A stretch of DNA of 64,000 nt from Alphaproteobacteria bacterium. Its GTDB lineage: Bacteria > Pseudomonadota > Alphaproteobacteria > SP197. The stretch lies in contig OZ245842.1 of NCBI GenBank assembly GCA_965228895.1, forward strand, positions 1,792,001 through 1,856,000, given 5' to 3'. The notes under the pieces are model-generated. The model did no database searches. It had not been told where the DNA came from and saw only the letters and a list, made by a program, of their open reading frames with translations. This document shows positions 20,643 through 32,300 of the stretch, one piece after another. Numbering within the stretch: position 1 is the stretch's first letter; each line of letters opens with the position of its first letter. A program made the position numbers and the translations under genes.

Positions 20643-21877
20643 GGCATGATCGCGTCGAGCGCCTTCACCAGACGGTCGACTTCGTCGACGGTGTTGTAAT
20701 GGACCATCGAACAACGCACGACGCCGTCGGCCGGATCGATGCCGATCGCTTGCAGGACACGCGGCGCGTAGAAGTCGCCGGCGCCGCAGGCGATGCCATG
20801 GGCGTCGAGCCGTTTGGCGACTTCCTGTGACGACAGACCGTCGACGGTGAATGAGAAGGTCGGCGCACGACGCGCATGGTCGGCGGTCGCACGGCCAATC
20901 ACGTCCAGCTTGGGATGGGCGAGCGCGTAGTCCAGGAAACGGTTGGCGAGCGCTTCTTCCTGTTTCGCGAAGAGGCCATAGACCTGGCGCATGCGGCCAT
21001 GGAAGTCGTTGGCCGGTTCGTCGATGTGGTGCGCGGCCACCGCTTCGATGTAATCGGCGATGCCGACGGACCCGGCGGTCAGCTCATGGTTCGGCGCGCC
21101 CGGATTGAGCTTGAGCGGAATGTCGTCTTCGCCGTGAAAGAAGAAGTACTGGCCCTTGGCGTTCAGGAAATGCTCGCGCTTGCCGTACATGACGCCGAGA
21201 TGGGGACCGTAAAGCTTGTAGAGGCTCAAGAGATAGAAATCGACATCCAGCGCTTTGACGTCGATGCTGGCGTGTGCGGCATAGGCAACGCCGTCGACAC
21301 ACACCATGCCGCCGACACCGTGCACGAGGTCGGCGATTTGTCGCACTGGATTGACGCCGCCGGCGATGTTCGAACAGTGAGAGAAACAGACCAGCCGCGT
21401 CTTCTCGCTCAACATCGCCTCGAGGCTCTCGACTTCAAGTTCGGCCGTCGTTGGGTTGACCTGCCACTCGCGGATGGTGACCCCGAACTCCTCCAGACGC
21501 CGCCAATGACCGTTGTTGGCTTCATGATCCAGGTTGGTGACGATCAACTCATCGCCCGGCTTGAACCAGCCACGGATGGCCGCCGCCAACGTGATCACGT
21601 TGCGGGTTGTTGACGGCCCGATGACCACCTCATCCAGTTCGGCGTTGATCATGCCGCAGACGGCTTTGTGGCCGGCTTCCATGCGTTCGGTCGCATCCTG
21701 TGACGCGCGGTAACCGGCCGCCGGCTGGACCTGGCATTCGGTCATGTAGCTGTGCACGCGATCGATCACGGTGCGTGGCACCAGGCTGCCACCGGCGTTC
21801 TCCATGAACGCCCAGCTATCGTTCAGCGCGGGAAAGAAGGAGCGGACGAAATCGAGGTCAAGCGGCCGGTCGGCCAT
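20639..21877 (-). CDS. Cysteine desulfurase-like class V aminotransferase
   Basis: ENAGGS, LDHEAN, VDGVAYA, SLYKLYGPH, SMVHYN. Confidence 0.88.
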   Translation of the reverse strand: MADRPLDLDFVRSFFPALNDSWAFMENAGGSLVPRTVIDRVHSYMTECQVQPAAGYRASQDATERMEAGHKAVCGMINAELDEVVIGPSTTRNVITLAAAIRGWFKPGDELIVTNLDHEANNGHWRRLEEFGVTIREWQVNPTTAELEVESLEAMLSEKTRLVCFSHCSNIAGGVNPVRQIADLVHGVGGMVCVDGVAYAAHASIDVKALDVDFYLLSLYKLYGPHLGVMYGKREHFLNAKGQYFFFHGEDDIPLKLNPGAPNHELTAGSVGIADYIEAVAAHHIDEPANDFHGRMRQVYGLFAKQEEALANRFLDYALAHPKLDVIGRATADHARRAPTFSFTVDGLSSQEVAKRLDAHGIACGAGDFYAPRVLQAIGIDPADGVVRCSMVHYNTVDEVDRLVKALDAIMP

Positions 21878-21992
21878 GGCGATCCCCTGTCGAAGATGTC
21901 GAGGTGAGACCGCCGTTGTAGAGGGTTAAAACGCCCCGTCAATTGGGGATATGCAATCTATGCTTTGGCGATTTTGAGGGTGCGTGGGCGGG

Positions 21993-22025
21993 GTGATGGC
22001 CGTGGCACGACGCCACGGCCATCAC
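21993..22025. terminator. 14-bp stem hairpin downstream of the VOC gene
   Basis: GTGATGGCCGTGGC-ACGAC-GCCACGGCCATCAC perfect stem. Confidence 0.65.
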
Positions 22026-22041
22026 GCAGAAAGGGGTCTTT

Positions 22042-22509
22042 CTATTGACCGCTGCTGAACGCTGCCTTGGCGGCTGCGCCGACCTCTTCGGGTGTCAGAT
22101 CCTTGACGTGGGTCGCCACGGCCCAGACATGCCCGAACGGGTCTTCCAGGCGGCCGTAGCGATCGCCCCAGAACATTTCGCTCACAGGCATGGTGACGGT
22201 GGCACCCGCACCTTCAGCTCGTTTTGCCCAGGCATCGGCGTCGTCGACATAGAGGTGGATAGCGACGGATGTTCCGCCACGTGCCTTCGGACCTTCCGAT
22301 CCCATCTCGGGCATGGCGTCGGCGACGAAGACCTCCGAATCGCCGATGGTGAGCGCTGCATGCATGACCTTGCTGCCGTCCGGTGAAGGCATGCGGAACA
22401 GTTCGTTGGCACCGAACGCTTTCTTGTAGAAGTCGATGGCGTCACTCGCGCCTTCGATGACCAGATGCGGGGTGACCGTGCGCGCGCCCGGCGGAATGGG
22501 GTTGACCAT
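22042..22509 (-). CDS. VOC family protein (PhnB/bleomycin-resistance-like)
   Basis: TVTPHL, AIDFYKKAFGA, FWGDRYGRLEDPFGHVW. Confidence 0.92.
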   Translation of the reverse strand: MVNPIPPGARTVTPHLVIEGASDAIDFYKKAFGANELFRMPSPDGSKVMHAALTIGDSEVFVADAMPEMGSEGPKARGGTSVAIHLYVDDADAWAKRAEGAGATVTMPVSEMFWGDRYGRLEDPFGHVWAVATHVKDLTPEEVGAAAKAAFSSGQ

Positions 22510-22537
22510 GATGTTTTCCTCCTCCGATTGGGGATGA

Positions 22538-22552
22538 GAACATTAAAGGAAC
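22538..22552 (-). promoter_or_regulatory. Alphaproteobacterial LexA (SOS) box
   Basis: GAAC-ATTAAAG-GAAC (GTTC-N7-GTTC on the minus strand), 28 nt upstream of the VOC ATG. Confidence 0.7.
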
Positions 22553-22718
22553 ATCGAGGAAGGACAACCGTCTGTCCGCTGCCTGGTCATCACATGTGTG
22601 TGAGAGACGTCGCGTCGCCCGGCAGGTGGGCTGGCCGATAGGCTGCTTGATTTTTCTGGTCGGAGGCGCCCAATCTTCCAAGCATCAGCCACAAGCCGTT
22701 CGGGGGACGCGCGGCGAC

Positions 22719-24392
22719 ATGCCTAGTGAGGTCACCGAAGTCGACGTCGCCGTCGTCGGATCCGGTGCCGCCGGTCTTTGCGCGGCACTGTCGGCCGCCG
22801 TGCGCGGCGCCGATGTGGTGATCCTCGAAAAGAGCGAGGTCTTGGGCGGGACCAGCGCCATGTCCGGAGCCGGCACGTGGATACCTTGCAATCGGCTCGC
22901 TCGGGAGGCGGGCATCGACGACAGTCCCGACGACGCCATGCGGTATCTGCGCGCGGCGTCGCCGGAAGGCTGGGCCGTGACAGATGAGCCGCTGTGGCAG
23001 AGTTTTGTCGACCACGCGGCCACCATGATCGACTTTCTCGAAGCCCATTCGAAACTTCGGTTCCAACTCGTCGATGAGCCCGACCCCATGGCCGAGCTCG
23101 ACGGCGGAAAGACTGGCGGCCGCCAGTTGACACCAAGCCTGCTCAACCGCCGCATCGCCGGTCGCCACGCACGCCTGATCCGCCGTTCGACCCTGCCGCA
23201 GTGCCTGACCTATAACGAAGCCAAGAAGTATCGGGTTTATGAACAGCCCATTCGGGCCGCCCTGACCATTGGCCCGCGATGGCTCTACCGCACGGCCATC
23301 GGGCGGGTTGGGTGCGGCCAGGCGCTGGTCGCCGGACTGATCGATGCTTGCCACGCGCACGGCTGCCGGATCGTGGCTGGCGCGCGCGTCGAGGCACTGT
23401 TGCAAGATCCCGATACCGGCCGTGTCGAGGGCCTGCGTTTCGGATCACCCGGCGGCAGCACGACCGTGCGCGTTCGCCAGGGCGTGGTGCTGGCAACCGG
23501 TGGTTTCGAATGGGACAGCGCTATGCTGGCGCGCCACTTTGCCGGACCCGTCGACCGGTTGGGCAGCCCCAGCACCAACACGGGCGACGGCCAGAAGTTG
23601 GCGGCCGACGCCGGCGCGTCGATGGAGCGCATGGATCAGGCCAACATTTATGCGACGCTTCCAACCAGGTATGAAGGCCTGGCTTACGGCATGCCCGCGA
23701 TGTTCCATGCTTCGCCGCACTGCATCGCCGTTGATCGCAACGGCCAACGGTTTGTCAGTGAGTACGATTACAACATTGGCGAGGCACTGGACCGCCGCGA
23801 TCCAGCGACGGGCGAGCCGCTTCATCTGCCGGTTTGGTTGATCGGTGACCGGCGCTTTCTGAACCATTCACTTCTGTTTCGCTACAAGGCGCGCCAGGAG
23901 GAGGGGTTTCTGGTCCGCGCGCCCTCGCTGGCGGAACTGGCGGCGTCGATCGATGTACCGGCAGATACGCTCGCCAAGAGCGTTGACCGTTACAACGGGT
24001 TCGCCGCTGCCGGCTGCGATGCCGACTTCCGGCGTGGTGAGAGCGTGTGGGAGCGCTACATGGCCGGTCACGGCGAAGGGTCCGGCAACCCGTCGCTCGG
24101 CGCCATCGACAGACCGCCATTCGTCGCCTGCCGTTTCAACCGTTCGATCCTGGGCACCAAGGGTGGCGCGCGTACCAACGCGGCGGGCCAGGTGGTACGT
24201 CCGGACGGCGGCGTCATCGGCGGTCTCTATTGCGCCGGCAACGCCATGGCCAACCCGTTCGGCACGCGCGCGGTCGGCAGCGGCACGACAATCGGCCCAT
24301 GCCTGACCTGGGGCTACATCTGCGGCCTCAACATCATGCGCGAGAACACCAGAACGGTCGGCGCCGAAGGTGCCAGCGCAGCGCTTTCATAG
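22719..24392 (+). CDS. FAD-dependent oxidoreductase (KstD/fumarate reductase flavoprotein family)
   Basis: GSGAAG, GGTSAMSG, LATGGFE, NTGDG, LGTKGG, GTTIGP. Confidence 0.85.
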   Translation: MPSEVTEVDVAVVGSGAAGLCAALSAAVRGADVVILEKSEVLGGTSAMSGAGTWIPCNRLAREAGIDDSPDDAMRYLRAASPEGWAVTDEPLWQSFVDHAATMIDFLEAHSKLRFQLVDEPDPMAELDGGKTGGRQLTPSLLNRRIAGRHARLIRRSTLPQCLTYNEAKKYRVYEQPIRAALTIGPRWLYRTAIGRVGCGQALVAGLIDACHAHGCRIVAGARVEALLQDPDTGRVEGLRFGSPGGSTTVRVRQGVVLATGGFEWDSAMLARHFAGPVDRLGSPSTNTGDGQKLAADAGASMERMDQANIYATLPTRYEGLAYGMPAMFHASPHCIAVDRNGQRFVSEYDYNIGEALDRRDPATGEPLHLPVWLIGDRRFLNHSLLFRYKARQEEGFLVRAPSLAELAASIDVPADTLAKSVDRYNGFAAAGCDADFRRGESVWERYMAGHGEGSGNPSLGAIDRPPFVACRFNRSILGTKGGARTNAAGQVVRPDGGVIGGLYCAGNAMANPFGTRAVGSGTTIGPCLTWGYICGLNIMRENTRTVGAEGASAALS

Positions 24393-24442
24393 CGCACCGG
24401 AAGCTCGTAGGCTTGGGCCATGGGTCAACCGCTGAAGGCGTG

Positions 24443-25378
24443 ATGATGGTGGGCGAGGGCATGGATATCAGGCGGCTCGATGCACCCTTCGGGGCTGCCG
24501 TCCACGGCCTTGATCTGAATCGTACGCCGGACGATCCCGACATCATCGACGCGCTGGTCGACGCCCTCCACGAAAATCGCATGCTGGTGATCAAGGGGCA
24601 GCATCTCGACGTCGAGAACTATGTGACGTTCGGCCGTCAAATGGGCGAGCCGATCATCCACGTGGTCAAGGCCATTCGCATGGAGTCCTGTCCCGAAGTC
24701 GCCGTCGTCGGCAATGTCGGGGAGCGCTCGAAGAGCGATCCCCTGCGCCTGGCGGCGTCCTTCTGGCATACGGATCAGGCGTATGAGGACGAGCCGGCCT
24801 CGGCAACCATGCTCTATTGTGTGGAGGCACCGAAGCAAGGCGGCCAAACCATGCTGACCGACACGATCGCCGCCTATGACGCGCTGGACGATCAGGTGAA
24901 GGAGCGCCTTGAGGGGCTCGTCGTGCGCCATTCCTACGGCGCGGCGAGTGGCCGCGACGGCGAATACGATGCGCGCGGCTCACTGACCGAAGAGCAGCGC
25001 AACAATGTCGTCCCGGTTTGTCATCCGTTGGTGTTGCGGCACCCGGCCACCGGGCGGCGGTCGCTCTACGCGGTCGCCGGTACGCCCGAAGGGATCGAGG
25101 GATTGCCGGATGATGAAGGTCAGGCGCTGCTCCGAGAGCTCAAGCAACATGTTCTGAAGCCCGACTTCCGGTATGACCACACCTACGAGGTCGGCGACCT
25201 CGCGATCTGGGATACCTTTGCGACGATGCATTCGGCCGTGCCCATCGCACATGCCAGCGCCGATCCGGCCAACACGCGCCTTCTATGGCGCATTTCGTGC
25301 CGCGGAGAGTCAGCGACAATGAAACGAAGAGCAGCTTCGCAATCCTGGCGACCTGATGTCGTGACCGCGAGCTCTTGA
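24443..25378 (+). CDS. TauD/TfdA Fe(II)/2-oxoglutarate dioxygenase
   Basis: WHTD (HxD), HPLVLRHP, GDLAIWD..TMH, C-terminal Arg. Confidence 0.9.
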   Translation: MMVGEGMDIRRLDAPFGAAVHGLDLNRTPDDPDIIDALVDALHENRMLVIKGQHLDVENYVTFGRQMGEPIIHVVKAIRMESCPEVAVVGNVGERSKSDPLRLAASFWHTDQAYEDEPASATMLYCVEAPKQGGQTMLTDTIAAYDALDDQVKERLEGLVVRHSYGAASGRDGEYDARGSLTEEQRNNVVPVCHPLVLRHPATGRRSLYAVAGTPEGIEGLPDDEGQALLRELKQHVLKPDFRYDHTYEVGDLAIWDTFATMHSAVPIAHASADPANTRLLWRISCRGESATMKRRAASQSWRPDVVTASS

Positions 25379-25403
25379 TTTCTAGCGCGCCGATCGCGCG
25401 CAA

Positions 25404-25536
25404 CCCCTCACCCCACCCCTCTCCCTCAAGGGGAGAGGGAGTCCCATCGCACATGATCGCAATCCCTCGCCCCTTGAGGGAGAGGGATGTGTAGGCTTAG
25501 GCGCGTTAGCGCCTTAGCCGAAGCTGGGTGAGGGGG
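25404..25536. repeat. Composite REP-like palindromic element, copy 1 (CCCTCTCCCTCAAGGGGAGAGGG family)
   Basis: Unit A 25404-25440 and inverted unit B 25463-25536 with a ~40-nt hairpin insert; second copy at 28756-28922. Confidence 0.9.
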
Positions 25537-25544
25537 ATTTGGCG

Positions 25545-25889
25545 TCAGTCGAACGCATCGAGGTCGAGGCCCAGGTTCTCATTGAGCCACAGCGCGTTGT
25601 CGCGGTGGTCCTCGAGTTCGTTGCCGGTCTCCGGGTGAATAAAGATCGACAGGCCATGATGGTTCACCATCAGCCAGGGTACGACCTTGTCGAATTCGGC
25701 CGGTTCGAAAGCGACCTGGAACATCGGTTTGAGGTGCGGGCCGACAGGTTTATCCCAGACGCGTCCGAGCACGACGTCGAAACGTTTGCCCATCTCTTCG
25801 CGCATGGCGACGGCGACGTCGCGTGTCTCGGGATCGAAGTTGATGTGGGCGTGATAGCCGTGGATCACGCCGGCATCGACAGCATCCAT
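25545..25889 (-). CDS. DOPA 4,5-dioxygenase family protein
   Basis: GYHAHINF, PVGPH, WLMVNHHGLSIFIHP, DH...LWL. Confidence 0.9.
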   Translation of the reverse strand: MDAVDAGVIHGYHAHINFDPETRDVAVAMREEMGKRFDVVLGRVWDKPVGPHLKPMFQVAFEPAEFDKVVPWLMVNHHGLSIFIHPETGNELEDHRDNALWLNENLGLDLDAFD

Positions 25890-25893
25890 TGGA

Positions 25894-26238
25894 TCAGGCT
25901 GCCGGGTCGACTTCGATGCCGCGGCTGTTCATCAACTCCATCAGCTCGCCGGACTCGAACATCTCGCGCATGATGTCGCTACCGCCGACAAACTCGCCCT
26001 TGATGTAGAGCTGCGGAATGGTCGGCCAGTCGCTGAACTCTTTGATGCCTTCGCGCACCGCCGGGTCTTCCAGGACGTTGACGCCTTTGAAGCGCACACC
26101 GAGGTGGCTCAGCATCTGAACCGACGCGGCGGAAAAACCGCACATCGGGAAAACGGGCGATCCCTTCATGAAGAGCACGACGGGATTGTTGGTGACTTCG
26201 GTGGTGATCCGTTGCCGGGTCATATCGTCAAGAGGCAT
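25894..26238 (-). CDS. grxD: Monothiol glutaredoxin
   Basis: LFMKG, CGFS, WPTIPQLY. Confidence 0.95.
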   Translation of the reverse strand: MPLDDMTRQRITTEVTNNPVVLFMKGSPVFPMCGFSAASVQMLSHLGVRFKGVNVLEDPAVREGIKEFSDWPTIPQLYIKGEFVGGSDIMREMFESGELMELMNSRGIEVDPAA

Positions 26239-26272
26239 GATCTCTTCTCCGTTAAGCGTGGTGGCCGGGCGG

Positions 26273-26512
26273 TCAGCCGTCAGCCGGCGCTGCGGTTTGG
26301 AGCGCGAGCGCATGGAGCTCGTTGCCCATCTTACCCTTCAGCGCCTTGTAAACGAGTTGGTGCTGCTGGACGCGCGTCTTGCCGACAAAGGCGCCGGACA
26401 CGATCTTGGCCGCGTAGTGATCGCCGTCGCCTCGCAGATCGTCGATCTCGATCGAGGCATCGGGAAACGCCTCCTGGATCATCTGCTCGATTTCGGCGGC
26501 GCTCATGGCCAT
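26273..26512 (-). CDS. BolA family protein
   Basis: GDGDHY, RVQQHQLVY, LHALAL; adjacent to grxD. Confidence 0.93.
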   Translation of the reverse strand: MAMSAAEIEQMIQEAFPDASIEIDDLRGDGDHYAAKIVSGAFVGKTRVQQHQLVYKALKGKMGNELHALALQTAAPADG

Positions 26513-26533
26513 CGCAATCTCCTCTGACTTGGT

Positions 26534-28741
<2,208 letters not shown>

Positions 28742-28755
28742 GACAACACCAGACT

Positions 28756-28922
28756 TCCCTCTCTCCTTGAGGGAGAGGGTTGCGCAGCCTTGGTCCGGAC
28801 GGTGTCCGCGCCTAGGCGAAGCTGGGTGAGGGGGCGTGGTGCCGTTGGCATGATCGCCCGTTCTTCGGCGCGCTTACACGCGCGACCCCTCACCCCGGCC
28901 CTCTCCCTCAAGGGGAGAGGGA
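28756..28922. repeat. Composite REP-like palindromic element, copy 2, inside a direct duplication of the purQ/purL junction
   Basis: Unit B 28756-28834, unit A 28886-28922; flanked by GCTCATGACAAC at 28736-28747 and 28939-28950. Confidence 0.9.
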
Positions 28923-28940
28923 GGCTTGTGCGCTGACCGC

Positions 28941-29627
28941 TCATGACAACGCCCTGACCATGCCGGCGAACAGGTTGACGCCGTCCTGGGTCTTGTGGCG
29001 TGCGCAGGTCGCGTCTTCGGGATGCGGCATCATGCCCAGCACGTTGCCGGCTTCGTTGGTGATGCCGGCGATGTCACGGATCGAGCCGTTGGGGTTGGCG
29101 CGCTCCTTGGGTTCGTCGGGACTGGGAACGTAGCGAAAGGCGACCCGGCCTTCGCCTTCAAGCCGATCCAAGGTTTCGTCGTCGGCGAAGTAGTTGCCGT
29201 CGCCGTGCGCCACCGGCACACGGATGACATCGCCGGAGTCGTAGCCGTCGGTGAATGGCGCTGCCGCATTCTCGATCTTCAGCGAGACATCGCGGCAGAC
29301 GAAACTGACGCTGGCGTTCTTCAGGAGGCCGCCGGGAAGCAGGCCGGTTTCGATCAGCGTCTGGAAACCGTTGCAGACACCGAAGGTGGGCGTGCCGGCC
29401 TTCGCGCTCTTCACCACGTCCTTCATGATCGGCGAGTGAGCCGCCATGGCGCCGCATCGGAGATAATCGCCATAGGAGAAGCCGCCGGGCAGGACGATCA
29501 GGTCCGTCGTCGGCAAAGCGGCGTCGCCGTGCCAGACCATGGTGACCTCGGCGCCGGCACGGGTCAGCGCGTCGGACATGTCGAGTTCGCGGTTGGTGCC
29601 GGGGAAGACGACGAGGGCGGCTTTCAT
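28941..29627 (-). CDS. purQ: FGAM synthase glutaminase subunit PurQ
   Basis: [30 protein letters not shown]. Confidence 0.97.
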   Translation of the reverse strand: MKAALVVFPGTNRELDMSDALTRAGAEVTMVWHGDAALPTTDLIVLPGGFSYGDYLRCGAMAAHSPIMKDVVKSAKAGTPTFGVCNGFQTLIETGLLPGGLLKNASVSFVCRDVSLKIENAAAPFTDGYDSGDVIRVPVAHGDGNYFADDETLDRLEGEGRVAFRYVPSPDEPKERANPNGSIRDIAGITNEAGNVLGMMPHPEDATCARHKTQDGVNLFAGMVRALS

Positions 29628-29718
29628 GACGGTCTACCGGGCGCGGTCAGCGTATGGGCTGAACACAGTCGAAGGGTGGGGTGGAAGAGGGACCATGGCA
29701 GACATACTGCCTGGCCTG

Positions 29719-29961
29719 TCACGTCTCAAGCTCCACCGCGTAGTTTTCGATCACCGTGTTGGCGAGCAGCTTACGGCACATCTCTTCGATCTCCACGCGC
29801 GCCTTCTCGGCGTCGGTCTCGGCCAACTCTATCTCGATCACCTTGCCCTGGCGGACGTCTTCGACACCCTGGAACCCCAGCGTGCCCAGCGCGTGATGGA
29901 TGGCCTTGCCTTGTGGGTCGAGAACACCCTTTTTCAGGGTGACGTGGACTCTAGCCCGCAT
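29719..29961 (-). CDS. purS: FGAM synthase subunit PurS; start codon lies inside a MITE terminal repeat
   Basis: VTLKKGVLDPQG, VRQGK, LLANTVIE. Confidence 0.96.
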   Translation of the reverse strand: MRARVHVTLKKGVLDPQGKAIHHALGTLGFQGVEDVRQGKVIEIELAETDAEKARVEIEEMCRKLLANTVIENYAVELET

Positions 29962-30220
29962 TTCCCAAACTCCCGACGCTCTGCGTCGCGTTGTGGTGAG
30001 TCAGATGCGAGCGAAAGCTGCGAAAAGCGTATCGGGGAATACGGTTGAGCTGCTTTCGCCCGCAGATGGCCGCCACGGCGCGACCCTTCGGGCCGGGTGA
30101 ACGAACCGACGGCGGGCGTCGAATGGCTTGGCCGATGTCCCACATCGCCCTTCGCCCTTCTCCTACTCCGTCGGATCGTTGACCCGGCGCAGAGCATCGC
30201 GAGTTTGGGAAGTGCGGGCT
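29953..30220. mobile_element. 268-bp MITE-like structured element inserted in the 5' end of purS
   Basis: 36-bp terminal inverted repeats (29953-29988 / 30185-30220, 4 mismatches); precise removal restores GTG AAG GTC AGA GTC CAC (MKVRVH). Confidence 0.85.
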
Positions 30221-30225
30221 GACCT

Positions 30226-30987
30226 TCACGGCGCGACCTTCGGCAGATCGGTGACGTTAGCTGCCTCCGGCAGGATGCCGAGGCGTCGTGCGACTTCCTG
30301 ATAGCCCTCGGCAACCTTGCCGAGATCCCTGGCAAACCGATCCTTGTCCATCGGCTCGTTGGTCGAGAGATCCCACAGGCGCGCGCTATCGGGCGTGATC
30401 TCATCGGCGATGACCAGGCGGACATCGTCCTCGAAATAGAGCCGGCCGAACTGCAGCGTGAAGTCGACCAGGCGAATACCGGCGCCCAGGAACAGGCCCG
30501 ACAGGAAGTCGTTCACCCTCAACGACAGGTGGATCATGTCGTCGATATCCTGGGTCGCCGCCCAGCCGAAGGCGGTGATGTGCTCTTCGCTGACCAGCGG
30601 ATAGTCGAGCTCTTCGGAGCGCAGGTAGAACTCGATGATCGAGCGGGGCAGCGGCGTGCCTTCCTTGATGTCGAACCGCTCGGCGAACTCGCCGGCGGCG
30701 ACATTTCGGACCGCGACATCGATTGGCAGCACCTCGACCTCGCGGACAAGCTGCTCGCGCATGTTGAGGCGGCGCACGAAGTGGGTGGGAACACCCATCT
30801 CGTTCAACCGGCTCATGATGAACTCCGAAATCCGGTTGTTGATCACGCCCTTGCCGTCGATCACACCGGATTTCTCCGGGCGCCTGGCGTGGGCCTCGTC
30901 CTTGAAATGCTGAACTAACAGGCCTGGCTCTGGTCCTTCGTAGAAGACCTTGGCCTTGCCTTCGTAAACGCGCCTTCGGCGTGCCAT
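30226..30987 (-). CDS. purC: SAICAR synthetase homologue with degenerate catalytic motifs
   Basis: [32 protein letters not shown] and pur synteny; but [20 protein letters not shown]. Confidence 0.9.
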   Translation of the reverse strand: MARRRRVYEGKAKVFYEGPEPGLLVQHFKDEAHARRPEKSGVIDGKGVINNRISEFIMSRLNEMGVPTHFVRRLNMREQLVREVEVLPIDVAVRNVAAGEFAERFDIKEGTPLPRSIIEFYLRSEELDYPLVSEEHITAFGWAATQDIDDMIHLSLRVNDFLSGLFLGAGIRLVDFTLQFGRLYFEDDVRLVIADEITPDSARLWDLSTNEPMDKDRFARDLGKVAEGYQEVARRLGILPEAANVTDLPKVAP

Positions 30988-31078
30988 GGCATAAGTCCCG
31001 AGGGTGAGTTGCCCGAGGGTTTTCGGCGGATATCGGCGGGGCCGCTGCCGAATGCGCGGACCCTAATGGAAACGCCGC

Positions 31079-31846
31079 CTAAACACAATCGGTGGTGTGT
31101 GTGACAATGTGGTCAAACGACACCTTGTCTGGTTGACCCCCTGCAAACAGCCAAATGGGGGCGGTTTTCTGATCCTTCAAGGCCATCAAAGAGCTGGAGA
31201 CGGTGCCGAAGCCGGTGTCGCCGCCGATCGTCATGGCGCCGTTCTCTCCGCTGCCCGATTCGCGGCCCCGATCCGCCATCCGTTCGATCCAGGCCGACCA
31301 GTCGCCGGCTTCCGGATCCGGCGCGGCGGCATCGCGAAACAACGGCAGGTGGCGTCGGATTCGGGCGCTCGCGGCATCGTCGAGGTCATAGGCCGTCAGC
31401 ATATGGAGGCCATCCGGGATTGCATGCGCGGTCGGGTGACCGTCCGGCTCATCGCCGGCAAATCGCACCCAGACAGCGCCGTCGGGCGCGGCTATCACCA
31501 TGTTGAAACTCCTGTAATCACGGCCGTTTATGGAGACTATACGACCTACTGCTGTCGCCAGATCATCGGCCTCCAAGGCCATCAAGGGCAGTTCGCCTCG
31601 GCTTTTCTTGCCCGCCGCGGGCCCCAGCGAATCCGGTCGGTTCAGCATGGCCGCCACCAGTCCCGATTGGTTGGCGGCAAGCCAGGTGCCACCGGCCAGC
31701 TCGTCCAGACCGCCGATGATCCCCGGACGGCTTGGCCAGTGAAATCCGGGTGCCTGCCAGGCGCGGCCGTTCATCTCGTCGCGATTGGCGGCAATCAGCA
31801 CGGGAAATCGATGTCCGGGACGTGACAGAAGGATGACGGTGCACAT
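31079..31846 (-). CDS. NRDE/TANGO2 family protein
   Basis: MC start, AANRDE, GGTWL, SRGEL, FGTVSS. Confidence 0.9.
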   Translation of the reverse strand: MCTVILLSRPGHRFPVLIAANRDEMNGRAWQAPGFHWPSRPGIIGGLDELAGGTWLAANQSGLVAAMLNRPDSLGPAAGKKSRGELPLMALEADDLATAVGRIVSINGRDYRSFNMVIAAPDGAVWVRFAGDEPDGHPTAHAIPDGLHMLTAYDLDDAASARIRRHLPLFRDAAAPDPEAGDWSAWIERMADRGRESGSGENGAMTIGGDTGFGTVSSSLMALKDQKTAPIWLFAGGQPDKVSFDHIVTHTTDCV

Positions 31847-31973
31847 GATAGCGGTCGATTTCCCGCAGCTGTGGTCTTGGAGCGGCGCAATCTTACGCTA
31901 TATGTTGCGGTGCAGGGCGCGCCAAATCGGTCGAGCGCCTTCATCGCTTCGATCAGAAAATGGGCAGCACGAC

Positions 31974-32294
31974 ATGGCATTGTTCGACGACCGCAAAAAG
32001 GGTCAGGAAAACAAGTACGCGCACGATCAGGAGTTGCAGTTCAGGATTACCGCCAGACGCAACAAGCTGCTTGGCCTGTGGCTTGCCGAGCAATTCGGCA
32101 TGTCCGGGTCCGAGGCGAATGCCTATGCTCAGGAAGTCGTCGAATCCGACTTTGAGAAGCCCGGCGATGACGATGTGGTCGAGAAGGTTCTGGCCGACAT
32201 CAAGACCCACGGCCTCGACATCGACGAGCACAAGGTCCGCCGCCACATGGAAACCCTGGCGGCCGAGGCTTCGGAACAAGTCAGGTCAGAGTAA
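31974..32294 (+). CDS. DUF1476 protein (F1Fo ATPase inhibitor zeta subunit family)
   Basis: FDDR...ENKYAHDQELQFR..ARRNKLLGLW, GDDDV. Confidence 0.88.
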   Translation: MALFDDRKKGQENKYAHDQELQFRITARRNKLLGLWLAEQFGMSGSEANAYAQEVVESDFEKPGDDDVVEKVLADIKTHGLDIDEHKVRRHMETLAAEASEQVRSE

Positions 32295-32300
32295 GATCGC

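Noticed and set aside
25404-25536. CRISPR-like repeat
   Set aside because: Units are inverted and dispersed, with no regular repeat-spacer array and no cas genes.
30988-31078. Purine-related riboswitch upstream of purC (purB leader also checked)
   Set aside because: No ZTP or purine riboswitch consensus recognised; only a 9-bp direct repeat CCCGAGGGT (30997, 31012) of unknown meaning.
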